64,000 bases of DNA from Eledone cirrhosa (lineage: Eukaryota): the NCBI GenBank assembly GCA_964016885.1, contig OZ024741.1, positions 64,046,001-64,110,000 of the forward strand, given 5' to 3'. The notes beneath the pieces were generated by a model, which worked only from the letters and a program-made list of their open reading frames with translations, was not told the origin of the DNA and searched no databases. The translations under genes and the position numbers were made by a program. This document shows, piece by piece, positions 40,900 through 56,389 of the stretch. Within the stretch, counting starts at the first letter, position 1. Every line of letters begins with the position of its first letter.

Positions 40900-42156
40900 T
40901 ACTTTAGGTTCCAATATCTAGTTATGGCCACCATTGCAGACTGTACACGCATTGATAGCAGCTACTGGAAGTCATTTTCTGTGAGTGTTCTTAGCTCATC
41001 AGTTACAACTATTGTATGTTTTCCCCAAATCCAAAATGATGACTCTTCAACGTAGATTTCAAATTAGGGAACAAGAAGAAATCACACGGAGCTAGATTTG
41101 GGCTGTAGGGAGGAGCTAGAAGAGTGGGAATATTTTTCATCGCCAGAAATTCTCTCATTGAAAATGCTGTGTGAGCATGTGCGTCATTGTCGTCCAGGAC
41201 CCCATCTTCTGCAATGTCTTTCCGTACTCGTTTGACCCATTTTTGAAGTCGTTCCAAGAGATCTTTGTAGAATGTGGTGATTAACTTTCTGACCTGGAGG
41301 TAAAAATTCTTTGTGAATACCATGGCTGTCGAAAAAAATGATAATTATCATTTTCACGCTGCATCTGTTCATGTGTGTTTTCTTCGGACGAGGAGAATTT
41401 TTTGTATGTCACTCCTCACTTTGCCGTTTTGTGTCTGGATCGTTTTGTCTCTAGATCGTACTCCAACACCCATGATTCATCTGTTACTATTCTATCCAAG
41501 AATTTTGGCTCAATCTCGAGTCTTTCTAGCAAATACTGACAAATTTCCAACCGGTTCGCCTTTTGCTCTACAAACAAGTGTTTGGGCACTAGTTTTGCAC
41601 AATATATTTGCTTATGCAAATGGTTTGTTAAACTTCTGTGAAATGCATTTTTATCCAAGCCCATTTCTTTAGCAATCATGCAAACACTGATATTTGGCCA
41701 ACACCGATGATATTTGGTCAACACCACACGCACCACTTCCACAATTTGATCACTTGTTGAGGAGATTGGCCCTGCAGAACAAGATTTGTCTTCAACATTT
41801 TCTCGACATTCTTTGAAAGTTTTGTGCCACTTAAAAACATTATTTCTCGATAGAGTAGCGTCTCCATAAGCTTGAGTTAAATAACAAAATGTTTCCGTGA
41901 CAGGTTTGTTGAATTTCTTACAAAATTTGAATGCGTACTGGTGTTTGATATTTTCTTGCATTGCAAACGTAACAGAGGTTATAAACATTTCTGTACATAA
42001 ACAGTAATAACACATAATTGACTCATTCGATCATGTTGAAACAAGTATGTACGTACAGCAAAGGTCATACCCAACATGCCTGCATACATCAATGAGGTGC
42101 TGCGTTAACATGTCGTACATGGGAAATCAGTACCTTTACTTTTGGGACAAACTTCA
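40900..42156 (-). mobile_element. Mariner (DD34D) transposon relic
   Basis: HTH YAFKFC..QAYGDATLSRNNVFKW, AKLVPKHL, IVTDESWV, PPYSPNLAPCDFFLFPNLK; frameshifts; TIRs poorly preserved. Confidence 0.9.
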
Positions 42157-42270
42157 TATGCAAGCGTATATATACAAACGAATATACCCATAGATCAATA
42201 AATGTCTATTAGCTTCATTTAGCTTACTTACAGTGATATACAAACACACACACACACACACACGCGCGCG

Positions 42271-42308
<38 letters not shown>

Positions 42309-42359
42309 AATACATGTGTGTGTATGTGATTATATGTTTACACACACATACACACACTG

Positions 42360-42393
<34 letters not shown>

Positions 42394-42430
42394 GTATATA
42401 TATGTATATATATATGTATATATATGTATA

Positions 42431-42506
<76 letters not shown>

Positions 42507-42510
<4 letters not shown>

Positions 42511-43100
42511 GTTATTCCGGGTTGAATCGGAGGTAACCACAGTAAGTAAGGTACTCAATACATTGCAGAGTATAAAAGTTTTAATATAGATGAGATTCTA
42601 CAGGACTAGAACTGTTTCAATCTTTAGAAATCATCAGGAATCTGGGTATCAAAAAATAAATATGGTATTTATAGGTCTCTACAAGTGGTAGGAGAGGGTG
42701 GGGAGTGGGATGGGTGTAGGTCATTGGTTGATAGAAAAGGGAATTCATTAAAAGCTAATTCTACAAAGCTATAGTTTATTTTTATTAATTTTTGTTTTTA
42801 GAGTAACAAAGGCAGACAGAATTCTATAAACAGGTTCCGGATGGCATACCATTCCTTGTCATTAAGTTTCTCTTAAGCTAACTGACGTCTATAAGATCAG
42901 TGGGGGGGGGGGGTCAGTCATGGTAGATAGAATTAAAGGAAAGGGAGATTCTTTAAAAGCTAAATTCATTAAGGTTCTACTAAGTGACAAAGGTTTAGAG
43001 AATTCTGTAGACAGATTCAAAATACTGAGTGCATATCTTACAATTATCTTCGAACTTCTCTTAAACTAATCAACTATATGCCAAAAATCAACAGACACAT
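42507..43100 (-). mobile_element. Non-coding PLE 3'-end-like cassette with HHR, ending in (TA)n
   Basis: Terminus ..ccgattcaacccggaataacg recurs at 44120, 46232 and 47567. Confidence 0.75.
42593..42643 (-). ncRNA. Type I hammerhead, canonical core
   Basis: agattc CTGATGA tttctaaagatt GAAA cag..ctg TA gaatct. Confidence 0.85.
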
Positions 43101-43219
43101 TCACCAAAAAACACACTCACTCACACACTCGCGCGCAACCATAAACACACATACACATACACATATACACACATAAAAAACACACACACATATATAAATA
43201 TATCTATATACACACACAT

Positions 43220-43270
<51 letters not shown>

Positions 43271-43399
43271 TACATATATATACACACACACACACACTCA
43301 TATATACACATATAAATATACTCACACACATACATACATACACACAAATATACATGTGCATACATATACATATATACACACATAGATATATATATATAT

Positions 43400-43457
<58 letters not shown>

Positions 43458-43635
43458 CACATATATACACACACATATACATATATATACATATACACAC
43501 ACATACACACAAACACACACATATATATATATATATACATAAACAAATATATACATATACACACACACACACACACATACATACATATATATATACACAC
43601 ACACACACATATACACATATATAAGGAAAATGCAC

Positions 43636-43678
<43 letters not shown>

Positions 43679-44050
43679 ACACACATACATACATACATAC
43701 ACAAATACATACACATATATACACACATATACATATATATACATATATATATGTGAAGTAATTCCGTCGGAAAAGTCCAGGAAAAAAGAGTGCTCTGTGT
43801 AAGCAACAGAGCTTAATTATTATTATGTAATAAACAACATAAGGCAATTATTCCATTTACCAGTGGTTTCTTAAAAGCAAAAGGTTTTGCTTTCAATCCT
43901 CAGAATGAAAAAATCCTGGTTTTTTTATTGAAATTGGATCTTAAAAAACAAAAAAAGCAAGCTATATGAAAGTGAGGCTGGAGAAGGAAGAGGAAAGGAA
44001 AAATAAAATAAGACTACACATACAACCACACATACACGAAAAAACATAAA

Positions 44051-44101
<51 letters not shown>

Positions 44102-44466
44102 ACACACGCATACACACACATTATTCCGGGTTGAATCGGAGGTATACTTACATTTATTATATATATTTTTTTCCCCCTTACCTCCCCTTATATTTTACCT
44201 TCCCCTATGCGCCCCCCCCCCCACATATATTCTTTTTGCCTTGCCCTCCACATACCTATGTGTATGTGTATGTATATTTGTGTGTATATATGTATATATA
44301 TATATATATATGTGTATATATATATATATAGATATGTGTGTGTATGTGTGTGTATGTATATATGTTTATACGTATGTGTGTGTGTGTGCCTGTGTGTATG
44401 TATTTATATATGTATGTATTTGTGTCTGTGTGTATATATGTGTATGTGTGGATAAGCCAGGTTTCT

Positions 44467-44533
44467 CTCATCCTGAAGATTAAAGAAAAAAATTTTTTTT
44501 TTTTTTGCTGTTAAGAAACCCTTGGTAAATGGA
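44467..44533 (+). ncRNA. Diverged hammerhead of the 46452 family
   Basis: CTGAAGA ttaa..ttaa GAAA cccttgg TA aatgga. Confidence 0.6.
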
Positions 44534-44716
44534 ATAATTGCCTTATGTTGCTTTAATACTTTACTACTATATGTACGTATATATAGGGTCCTTATGATTT
44601 ATCTAAGATTGAGTTTTACACACACACACGCATATACACGTGTGTGTATGCGTATGCATGTGTGTGTGCGTGGTTGTGTGTATGTGTGTATATGTGTATA
44701 TGCATGTATATGTGTA

Positions 44717-44783
<67 letters not shown>

Positions 44784-44828
44784 GTGTGTGTGTACATATG
44801 TGCGTGTGTATATATTGATAATTGTATA

Positions 44829-44934
<106 letters not shown>

Positions 44935-45448
44935 TGTTCTGTTGTGCGTGTTTATGATATATACGTATTTGTATGTGTATAATTGTTTAGCTATGTATGT
45001 ATATGTGTGTGTATGTGTACGTGTATATATATGTGGGTGTGTACGTTTGTATTTATGTATATATATGTGTGTATATGTATGCATATATGTGTGTGTGTGT
45101 GCATATAGTTGTATACACGTGTGTGTGTGTATAGATTGTACACTTGTGCGTGGTTATGCATGTATGCGTATGTATGCGTTTATGTATTTGTATTTAAAAT
45201 TTTTTTTTGTGTGAGAGTGTGTGAATGCGTTGACTATTTCGTGCGTATGTATATGTGCTTTTGTGTGTGTTTCTTACCACGCTTGTCTGTCCAGTTTGCT
45301 GCCTTATGCAACGGTCTCAATGTTTTTATAATATATATATATATATTTTTTTCCTATATTTATTTGCGTGTGTGAATATGTAGAGGAGTGCATTTATGTA
45401 TGTGTATGCATGTACGTGTGTATATATGTTTGATTGTGTGAATGTATG

Positions 45449-45522
<74 letters not shown>

Positions 45523-45726
45523 TATGTGTGGGTATGGCTATGTGTACGTATGTGTATGCGTGTACACACGCGCATATATATATATATATATATGTATATA
45601 TATGCGTGTATATATGTGTGTGTATATGTGTGTGTATATATGCATGTGTATGTGTGTGTGTGTATGTGTGTGTGTATATATATATATGTATGCGTGTGTG
45701 TGTAGATATGTTTGTGTGTGTGTGTG

Positions 45727-45759
<33 letters not shown>

Positions 45760-46095
45760 ATGTATGAATGTTTGTATATGTTTGTTCTTAGAGGAACAAG
45801 GGCAGACAGATTTCTGTATTCAGATTGGAGCCAATCCTTATCATTAGGTTTCTCTTTAGCTTACAGGTGTCTGTAAGATCAGTATGGGGTCAGTCATGGT
45901 AGATATATTTGGAGGAAGGGGAGATTCCTTGAAAGCTAAATTCTTATAGGTTCTAGTAAATTGACGAAGGTTTAGGGAATTCTGTAGACAATTTCTAAGT
46001 ATAATCTAATTCACGAGACACTTGCACGCACACACATGTGTATGGGGGAAATATATTTATATTTGTATACGCGCGCGTGCGTGCGCGCATACGCA

Positions 46096-46153
<58 letters not shown>

Positions 46154-46272
46154 GTATACATATACAGATTCTCATCTATATTAAAACTTTCATGCTCTGC
46201 GGTGTACTGAGTGCCTTGCTTGTTGTGGCTGCCTCCGATTCAGCCCGGAATAATGTGTGTGTATGCGTGTGT

Positions 46273-46309
<37 letters not shown>

Positions 46310-46451
46310 TTTATGTTTTTTCGTGTATGTGTGGTTGTATGTGTAGTCTTATTTTATTTTTCCTTTCCTTCTTCCTTCTCCAGCCTCACTTTCATATAGC
46401 TTGCTTTTTTTGTTTTTTAAGATCCAATTTCAATAAACAAACCAGGATTTT

Positions 46452-46509
46452 TTCATTCTGAGGATTGAAAGCAAAACCTTTTGCTTTTAAGAAACCACTG
46501 GTAAATGGA
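46452..46509 (+). ncRNA. Type I hammerhead (mirror at 43852-43909 on -)
   Basis: ttcatt CTGAGGA ttgaaagcaaaa/ttttgcttttaa GAAA cc(act)gg TA aatgga. Confidence 0.85.
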
Positions 46510-46539
46510 ATAATTGCCTTATGTTGTTTATTACATAAT

Positions 46540-46625
<86 letters not shown>

Positions 46626-46965
46626 TATATATACATATACATACATATATACAAATATACATATACACATATATATACACATACACACACACACAATATA
46701 TATACACATATATACATATACACACACACACACATACATACATACACAGATACATACATACATACATATACAAATATATATACAAACATACATATACATA
46801 TATATATATATACACATATACATATATATACATATATATATATATATACATACATATATACATATACATACACACACATACACATATATACATACATATA
46901 CACACATATATACACACACACACACATATACACATATATACACACACACACACACATACACATGC

Positions 46966-47024
<59 letters not shown>

Positions 47025-47047
47025 TACACACACTCTCTCTCACGCAC

Positions 47048-47130
<83 letters not shown>

Positions 47131-47267
47131 CACATACATATACACACACATATATATATACACACACACAGACATACACACATACACATATATATATATA
47201 TATATACATACATATACAAACATATACATATATACATACATACACATACACATACATACACATATAT

Positions 47268-47342
<75 letters not shown>

Positions 47343-47377
47343 TATACACATATACATACACATACATACATAAATAT

Positions 47378-47417
<40 letters not shown>

Positions 47418-47507
47418 ATATATGTGTATGTATGTGTATGTGTATGTATGTATATATGTATATGTTTGTATATGTATGTATATATATATATATGTGTGTG
47501 TGTGCAG

Positions 47508-47567
<60 letters not shown>

Positions 47568-47887
47568 GTTATTCCGGGTTGAATCGGAGGTAACCACAGT
47601 AAGTAAGGTACTCAATACAATGCAGGTACTCAATACAATGCATATTCTACGACGCCTAACTTAGCATACCACATAGCTAGCAGCAATAATAGTAAAATTA
47701 ATTCTTACTTCCAGCAGTTCTTTGACCTCATGCCCAGCTGTAGCTGGCACTACAAACGCTTGATTGGGGCTACTCCACCCCTCCCCTCTTTCTCCTACTG
47801 GCAGGTTTAGCCACCATCTCCCCTACTAATTTGCAACCACAGAATTACTACTGATTTTTGAAAATCACTTTGACCATATATGGAATT

Positions 47888-47981
47888 ACCCCTTGAGAAG
47901 ATCGGCTATTTAAATACCAGGATAAATTTTCATTTAGTCCAGAATTAGCCGTCGAAACGGCTTGAGCTCAGCTGTCGGGGT
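47888..47981 (+). ncRNA. Type I hammerhead with U3-A8 covariant core (TTGAGAA) and full helix III
   Basis: acccc/ggggt stem I; ga(t)cggcta/tagccgtc stem II; GAAA cggct/agctg TC. Confidence 0.8.
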
Positions 47982-47993
47982 CTTACTGGTTCC

Positions 47994-48026
<33 letters not shown>

Positions 48027-48311
48027 ATATATATATATTGTTTAATCGAGTTATCCCTACCTGGATTCATCAATATGCAATTTGCAATAAATATTTCAAA
48101 CCTTTGCTAATATCTCACCTTCTGAAATGTGATAAAAAATTGAGCAGCCGATATTCTTTATATTAATCAATAAGGTGTTTAACATTGATGCAGCCGTCAA
48201 ATCATTCCGTTCTATGTGTGTTAGTGTGTCATAATTACATTCACACCTTATGTAATGCTGTTACAACAGTTACCGCAAACTGATAAAATATACACACCTA
48301 CATTCATGGAG

Positions 48312-48434
<123 letters not shown>

Positions 48435-49266
48435 CAGTATTTTCCGTTGTGTTGTAATATAAATATTACACACAGTAGATTATCAGCTCACGTAGAGTTT
48501 GCTCGACGGTTCCAGTTGTAGTTCCAAAAGTAATCCGGAGAAAAATAGAAAGATTTGAATGGATACAGTTTAGTTGAAAGGAATTTATTGACACGTGTTT
48601 CTATAACAGTTACATAACCTAAAACAGCTGCTATCTACAAACTTTTAGTTATGCAGACATTCAATATTTCAATGTTATTATTTACTGTCATTTCATCAGA
48701 ATAATATTACTGAGGACCTGTTTAGTTTTTATAGAGAATATTAGGAGGGAGGGGTGAAGTTGTTAGAAGAATAGTTGAAGGAGTGGTTTTTCGATAGCAG
48801 TGAGAATTCTTGGTGGCAGTGAGTAATTAGATTCCCATCTGTTGTTTTGACATTTTTTATAGAATATATTATTGGTTATTTTTCTAAATCTATAGAAGGA
48901 TTAGAGATAGTAAAGATATGCGTGGTTGGTTTTGTGTTTGCACTTAATTAACATTCAGACTTAAATTTTTCTTTCAAGTGTACGTATCCTTTCACCCACG
49001 CATTCACAAACAAATATATTTGCACACCTCTACAAAATACATATACTCACAATTCACATATTCATACTTACATATATATACACATGCATACACATATATA
49101 TACACACATGTATTCATGTACATACATACGCGCTCATGTGTATACATTTTCATACTCAACTTATCTTTATATACACACGTATAGACACACACATATATAC
49201 ATACATACTCTAGTCCATGTGTACACACATACACATACATACACATCCATATACACATATATACAT

Positions 49267-49347
<81 letters not shown>

Positions 49348-49917
49348 CACTTTAATACATGAATACACTTACATCTAACTATACACATCAAACATATATA
49401 TATATATTTACTTATTTATATACATTTTCACATATATATACATACTTATGGACGTTTTTAGACACATTCATTATCGCATATTTGTACCTATTCTCATCAG
49501 CATATCTTTCCATTATTAGTGTGGTAATTTAAGGTTATTAATATATGTTGAGAAGAGATTGTTTTTATATTTTTCTAACTAGATTAAGGTTTATATAGTT
49601 GGGGGATGTCCCTCTTTTATGTAATATTCGGCTTGTAGTGGGAAAAAAAGGGTTTTAGTTCTGTGACGGCAGAATAATGTTCGTTCAATTCTGTTATTCA
49701 GCAGTTTCTTCTTGTGTGTGATTATGTAATAAATCTCAAGATTACACAATTTGCAGAAATTTTGGCTCCTGGAAAAGCTTTGGGTTTTAGCTAATTTTTC
49801 CCATTTTAGGGTAAACTTTTGATCGCTATCCCTGAGCGTCCAAGCTTTTTCTGCTAAAGTTGTTACATTTCTTTGGCTCTGGTGTTTTATTGAGTAAGAA
49901 TGCCTATACAATCGAGA

Positions 49918-51339
49918 AATTTGAGAACAGTTATTGGGTACGTAAAGATAGACCCTCTAACTTTGACATAACAATGGGCTCTAACGATTCGGCGGAAATA
50001 ACTGATATTGTGGGGTTATTTATCGCCTTTAGACTCCAGGAAAAATTCAGCAATCTCCACGGCGGAATATACCGCGACGATGTTCTCTTCCTAGCTAAAA
50101 ACCTTAATAACCAAAAACTAGAAAAACTACGCAAAGATATAAGAAAACTACTACTCGAAATAGGACTAACTATAACATATGAATACAACCTTAAAGTAGT
50201 TAACTTCCTGGATGTCACACTCAATTTAAACTCTGGTTTGATTAAACCGTTTCATAAATTGAATGAAAATCTCAAATACGTAAATGTTGGGTCTAACCAC
50301 CCCATCTCTATAATTAAATCTATCCCTAAAAATATTTCCCTTAGAATCTCGGGTCTATCTTCTAACATACAAGTATTTAAGGAACACGCCGAGTACTACG
50401 ATAACGCCCTTAGTAAAGCAGGCTACCTCAACAAAATAGAGTACATAGATGGGAACAATCAAAACACCCAAAATAAATCCCACATAGGTAGATATAATAA
50501 CACAACACCAAACCACACTTACTACCATAGTATGCACACCAGTAAACCAACAAACAAAACTAATAGAAAGCGATGCAAAGAGTACTTATGGTATAACCCC
50601 GAATACAATAGTTCCATTAGTACAAATTTACCAGTACTCTTCTTTAAAATAATTAAAAGACATTTTCCCACATCACACAAATACCACAAAATCCTAAACC
50701 CTACCACTATAAGACTGTCATACTCTACAGCGTTAAACCTTGAACAACACATAAAAATGATCAATACTAGAAGGTTAAACGAAAACACTAAGAACTTAAG
50801 TACAAAGAACACAAAAAAAAACAGTAAACAATACACTACAGAACATAAATAAACCACACCTAAGTTCGTCCGCAATACTACTCCAGAGAAAACCCAACGT
50901 ACACAACTGTAACTGCACCTATCCTGACAACTGCCCCCTCGGCAATAACTGCCTGGAAAAAAATATTATTTATAAGTGTACCATTAAATCCGGAGGCAAC
51001 GAGTGGTATTACGTGGGATCAACGGCAACATCGTTTAAATCTCGATTATATAGGCATTCTTACTCAATAAAACACCAGAGCCAAAGAAATGTAACAACTT
51101 TAGCAGAAAAAGCTTGGACGCTCAGGGATAGCGATCAAAAGTTTACCCTAAAATGGGAAAAATTAGCTAAAACCAAAAGCTTTTCCAGGAGCCAAAATTT
51201 CTGCAAATTGTGTAATCTTGAGATTTATTACATAATCACACACAAGAAGAAACTGCTGAATAACAGAATTGAACGAACATTATTCTGCCGTCACAGAACT
51301 AAAACCCTTTTTTCCCACTACAAGCCGAATATTACATAA
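49918..51339 (+). pseudogene. Truncated PLE RT-thumb + GIY-YIG ORF (one break near 50850)
   Basis: ORF track 49860-50852 and 51013-51339. Confidence 0.9.
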
Positions 51340-51609
51340 AAGAGGGACATCCCCCCAACTATATAAACCTTAATCTAGTTAGAAAAATATAAAAACAATC
51401 TCTTCTCAACATATATTAATAACCTTAAATTACCACACTAATAATGGAAAGATATGCTGATGAGAATAGGTACAAATATGCGATAATGAATGTGTCTAAA
51501 AACGTCCATAAGTATGTATATATATGTGAAAATGTATATAAATAAGTAAATATATATATATATGTTTGATGTGTATAGTTAGATGTAAGTGTATTCATGT
51601 ATTAAAGTG

Positions 51610-51712
<103 letters not shown>

Positions 51713-52274
51713 ATGTATATATGTGTATATGGATGTGTATGTATGTGTATGTGTGTACACATGGACTAGAGTATGTATGTATATATGTGTGTGTCTATAC
51801 GTGTGTATATAAAGATAAGTTGAGTATGAAAATGTATACACATGAGCGCGTATGTATGTACATGAATACATGTGTGTATATATATGTGTATGCATGTGTA
51901 TATATATGTAAGTATGAATATGTGAATTGTGAGTATATGTATTTTGTAGAGGTGTGCAAATATATTTGTTTGTGAATGCGTGGGTGAAAGGATACGTACA
52001 CTTGAAAGAAAAATTTAAGTCTGAATGTTAATTAAGTGCAAACACAAAACCAACCACGCATATCTTTACTATCTCTAATCCTTCTATAGATTTAGAAAAA
52101 TAACCAATAATATATTCTATAAAAAATGTCAAAACAACAGATGGGAATCTAATTACTCACTGCCACCAAGAATTCTCACTGCTATCGAAAAACCACTCCT
52201 TCAACTATTCTTCTAACAACTTCACCCCTCCCTCCTAATATTCTCTATAAAAACTAAATAGGCCCTCAGTAATA

Positions 52275-52394
52275 TTATTCTGATGAAATGACAGTAAATA
52301 ATAACATTGAAATATTGAATGTCTGCATAACTAAAAGTTTGTAGATAGCAGCTGTTTTAGGTTATGTAACTGTTATAGAAACACGTGTCAATAA
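52275..52394 (+). ncRNA. Type I hammerhead with ~90-nt stem II insertion (mirror at 48585-48704 on -)
   Basis: ttatt CTGATGA a atgacagt..actgttat a GAAA C(ACGT)G TC aataa. Confidence 0.8.
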
Positions 52395-52620
52395 ATTCCT
52401 TTCAACTAAACTGTATCCATTCAAATCTTTCTATATTTATATATATATATATATGCATATATGCATATATGTGTATATATATATATGGGGGGGTGCGTGT
52501 GTGTGTGTGTGTGCATATATGAATACATATGTGCATTATGTGCAAGCTTCTCAATCCATTGTTTTGTATTCAAAAAGCATATAAACTTTTAGCTTAATCT
52601 TGTTTTAGTGCCGAGTGAAT

Positions 52621-52669
52621 AAATGTCACTGATGACAGATAAAAATCCAGAAACAGGTGTCTGGCATTT
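52621..52669 (+). ncRNA. Minimal type I hammerhead in a solo ~200-bp cassette
   Basis: aaatgtca CTGATGA cagataaaaatcca GAAA C(AGGT)G TC tggcattt. Confidence 0.8.
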
Positions 52670-53817
52670 TCATTGGCTGCTGAGATAGCTGTGACTTGAT
52701 CACAGCTTACAATATTCATAGCGGGACTCTTGTGAGGTTTTTATCATATACATACAACATATGCCTTCAAATGCACACCTATTATCTATATGTATGTGTT
52801 AATTCTGAGCGAGAAATTTAATTTTTTCACTCTTGAGTGCTTTGTGACTGCCTCAAACAATTCGATTGAGGAGAGTGAGAGAGACGATGCATTGGGATTT
52901 TTTCATCTTCCAGGTGAACTGTATGGATGCCCTTTTAGTCTGCTACGTTGCGAAGTTGCTTATATGTTTACAGTCTTAGCTAACTTCAAAGACTCATTAT
53001 CACTCACTTTAAGATATATTCGAAGTCATTTTGCTGAAAACGCTCCGTTTAGCAGCTAATCAACAAAGTAGTTTTCACGAATTTTGACACCATTGGTGTT
53101 GCTTCGTTTTTCATAAATTCTATGAAGTGCATAGACGAAATATTGATTTCTAAGACTGGCAAGAAGTCAAATATTTCTAAAATGTAAGAGCAGTAAATTG
53201 TATTGAACCAGTATATGAATGCTGTATTATTTTATCGTTCCGAAGAGGATGAAAGACAATGATAATTCCTTTTAGATTTCAATATGAATAAATAGGATTA
53301 ATACTAATTTATGTTAATTACTTAAGCAATCCTTTGTGTGTGTTACGAAACTAATTTCAACAGATGAAATGTCACTATAGGTTTGTTTTACCGTACTTTA
53401 GTAATCTCTCTATAAAAAATTCTTTGTCTCTGTCTTCCTGTCTTTTCATTATGCATTCCCAAACGGCTCGAGCAAATCAAATCAAATTTTACAAGATATT
53501 AGACCCCGGGAGTTACAACATTTGGATTAAAAAAATATAACACTTTATCAAAAATATTCTACTGTAGACGGATATTTTATACCACGACGACGACGTCACA
53601 TTTTGTATATGAGTGTGTATGTGTATGTGAGTGTGTGTGTGTGTTTGCGCGTTCGTTACGTACCTTACGCCTTAGTAAGTTACATAAACACACACACACA
53701 CACATCTTCACGTAAATACTTAATCAGATACACAGAGAATTAAACACACGATTCTGACGCTGGTTTACACACACATACACACATTCATATACAATTATCT
53801 ATATCTATATATCTATA

Positions 53818-54273
53818 TCTACATATAATATAAAATATTTGAACTTCCATCATCCTTTTGAGAAACGTGGTCCCGCATCTATACATTGGCACACATTTTA
53901 CAGTCAGGCGGATGAGGGACCATCTCCTAGAGGTCATAATTATTGGAGGCAATCATCAAGGGGAAAATGCATTTATTTCTCTTATCCCTTCATCTACCGA
54001 ACTGCCTTTCAAATTTTCATGACTTCAGTTCCCTATAAGAGCAAGTTTTGCTATGTCCATAAATATAATTCAGGCTCAGAGTTTCAAAGTTGTAGAATTG
54101 AATACAAGAGAATCAGTTTTTACCCATGCATAGTTATATGTAGGTTGTTCACGAGTGAAAACACCTAGAAATCTTCATATACTTTGCACGAGCGGTAAAA
54201 CAAAGAATCTGGTGTAACTGGAAGATTTTTTTATGTTTTTCTTTTGTCACACACACACACACACACACACACG

Positions 54274-54368
<95 letters not shown>

Positions 54369-54481
54369 ACACGCACCACGGTCTCGCCTCATACTGTAAA
54401 CCAGACAAACATCCAATACAGTCATTTTCTTTTCTACTTGTCTTCTCTGTTTACCCGGGCGAAGCTGGGTACGTCAGCTAG
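53818..54481 (+). mobile_element. Non-autonomous Helitron
   Basis: a|TCtacatataatataaaa 5' end; 3' hairpin cccgggcgaagctggg then CTAG|t; internal (CA)n. Confidence 0.75.
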
Positions 54482-55942
54482 TTTGCTATATGTGTCGTTG
54501 TTGCCATTTAGTCTCACGTCGACCATGATAAAACATACCTATATTCAAAGATATTCCATATGTGGTCACTACATTTTTCAGAAATATTGTATCCAACGTG
54601 CCTTTTCTATTTAGAAACGTTGTTTAGATTGGCTGGAATTCAGGGTTTTTGTTGATTACATATTAAGATTTTGCTGGGTTATTTTGGTATAAGTGGATGT
54701 TGTTTTAATGTACTCGGGTTTCTTTTCAACACGCTGACACGTATGTGTATGTGTGTGTGCGTGTATGTGTATTTATATGTATGACTATATAAATATAAAC
54801 GCGTAAACACAGGCACACTTACAAAAATACACACCCACAGACATACATTCACAGAAATACATGTATTTATTCACACAAACACACACATACATTTATACAA
54901 ACAAACACACACACATACATTTACTCAAACACACATATATATATATATATATATACATTCACACACAGCGTAGCAAATAGAACACCAGCTGCTGTTTTCC
55001 TATAGTTTTTCACCATCCCCATACTTCCTTTTACACACATACATTTACACAAACACATACACACACGGACATTGTGTAGCGGACGAGCGGAAGGCGCTCA
55101 AATTTTTGGTGGGGGCAGTTTTAGTTTGTTGTATTCGTTAACTTTCGTTTTGTTGTTGGGGAGAGTTATGTAAAGCAACAAATCTACATATAATGTATTT
55201 TTAGATACATTATACTCGAAAAGAAAGATTGGGATGTTAGCGTCAATTTTTAGAATTTCTTTGATCAAACATCTTGATTAGATTCCACTTGAGCTAAGTT
55301 ATATTTGTTAAAGATTAGGGAACCGCAGCAACATTGTTGGTGTCATATAAACAGGTCATGCTCAACAGACTGAAATACTAAAGACAAATTTAGCTGAAAA
55401 GTCATTGAGGTGATATAATGAGGCTAAACAGTTCTTAGTTATTTCATCATCTGAAATTTAAATTCGAAGTGGATTGATAATTGTCGTTGCAGGAATTCTG
55501 GAGCAATCTAGCCTGCTGGACTAACGCTAAATTAATGTCCATTTATGACAGATAACATTTTAGAATGAAAACTAACACTTAACAATCCTCCATTCACATG
55601 GCTTCACCAAATCTAATTTAATTCAACAAAGGGAAATAGTTCTCAAAACTGCGGCGGGTCAAAATTCGAAAACTATTGCTTATCGTTTCCTATACCACAG
55701 ATCGCTTCTGCTTGATTCAAATATTTGCTAAATTTTAAGTTGAAATATCGTGATTCAAGTCAGCGGGATAGAAACATCATCCGTTTCTCTGTAGAAACAG
55801 TTTAACAGAGTTCATTCACTGTTAATGCGAGCACCACATTATGCTAGTCATTTGGTAATATAATTCGTCCGTGTTTGTATATTTCTATCGTTATTGTGAT
55901 ATCATTGTCTTTAAAAGTGTTATCATATTATGATACCATAGT

Positions 55943-56108
55943 CATAGAGTTACGGCCCTTTAAGGTCTGAGTTCAAATGCCGCCGATGTTAACTTTGCTT
56001 TCATCCTTACGGGGTCGATAAAGTAAAGTACCAGTCAGGCACTGGGGTCGATTTAATCGACTTTCCCTTCCCCAAAAATTGGTGGCATTGTGCCTATATA
56101 AGAAACTA
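55943..56108 (+). mobile_element. 5'-truncated SINE, long-tail subfamily; gataccatagt duplicated on both sides
   Basis: Body match; flanking ttatgataccatagt repeat. Confidence 0.85.
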
Positions 56109-56389
56109 TGTTATGATACCATAGTTTGTAATTTTTTTAAATAAATTGTAACTAATATAACTTTAAAAGTATAGAGAGATTTTTATAATATTAGTACATG
56201 GTCTTTTTTATCAAAAGCATGGAAATGTTCGGTCATGAAATGCAGATTGCTAGTTCGGACACAGAAGAGAAAAAGTGCGAAAAATTTTGAAATGATATGA
56301 ATATGGGCATCCATGAAAAGGAATTAAAATTGCTATTTTGCACTGGTATGAATATTTTCAAATAAGCTTCGACAATATTCTCAGTAATG

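Noticed and set aside
48040-48085. Minus-strand TTGATGA atcc/ggat hammerhead relic
   Set aside because: GAAA and stem I are not recoverable.
50880-51339. Selenoprotein-type Naiad (in-frame UGA at Cys)
   Set aside because: Visible Cys positions here and at 10580-11000 are TGY codons; no SECIS recognised.
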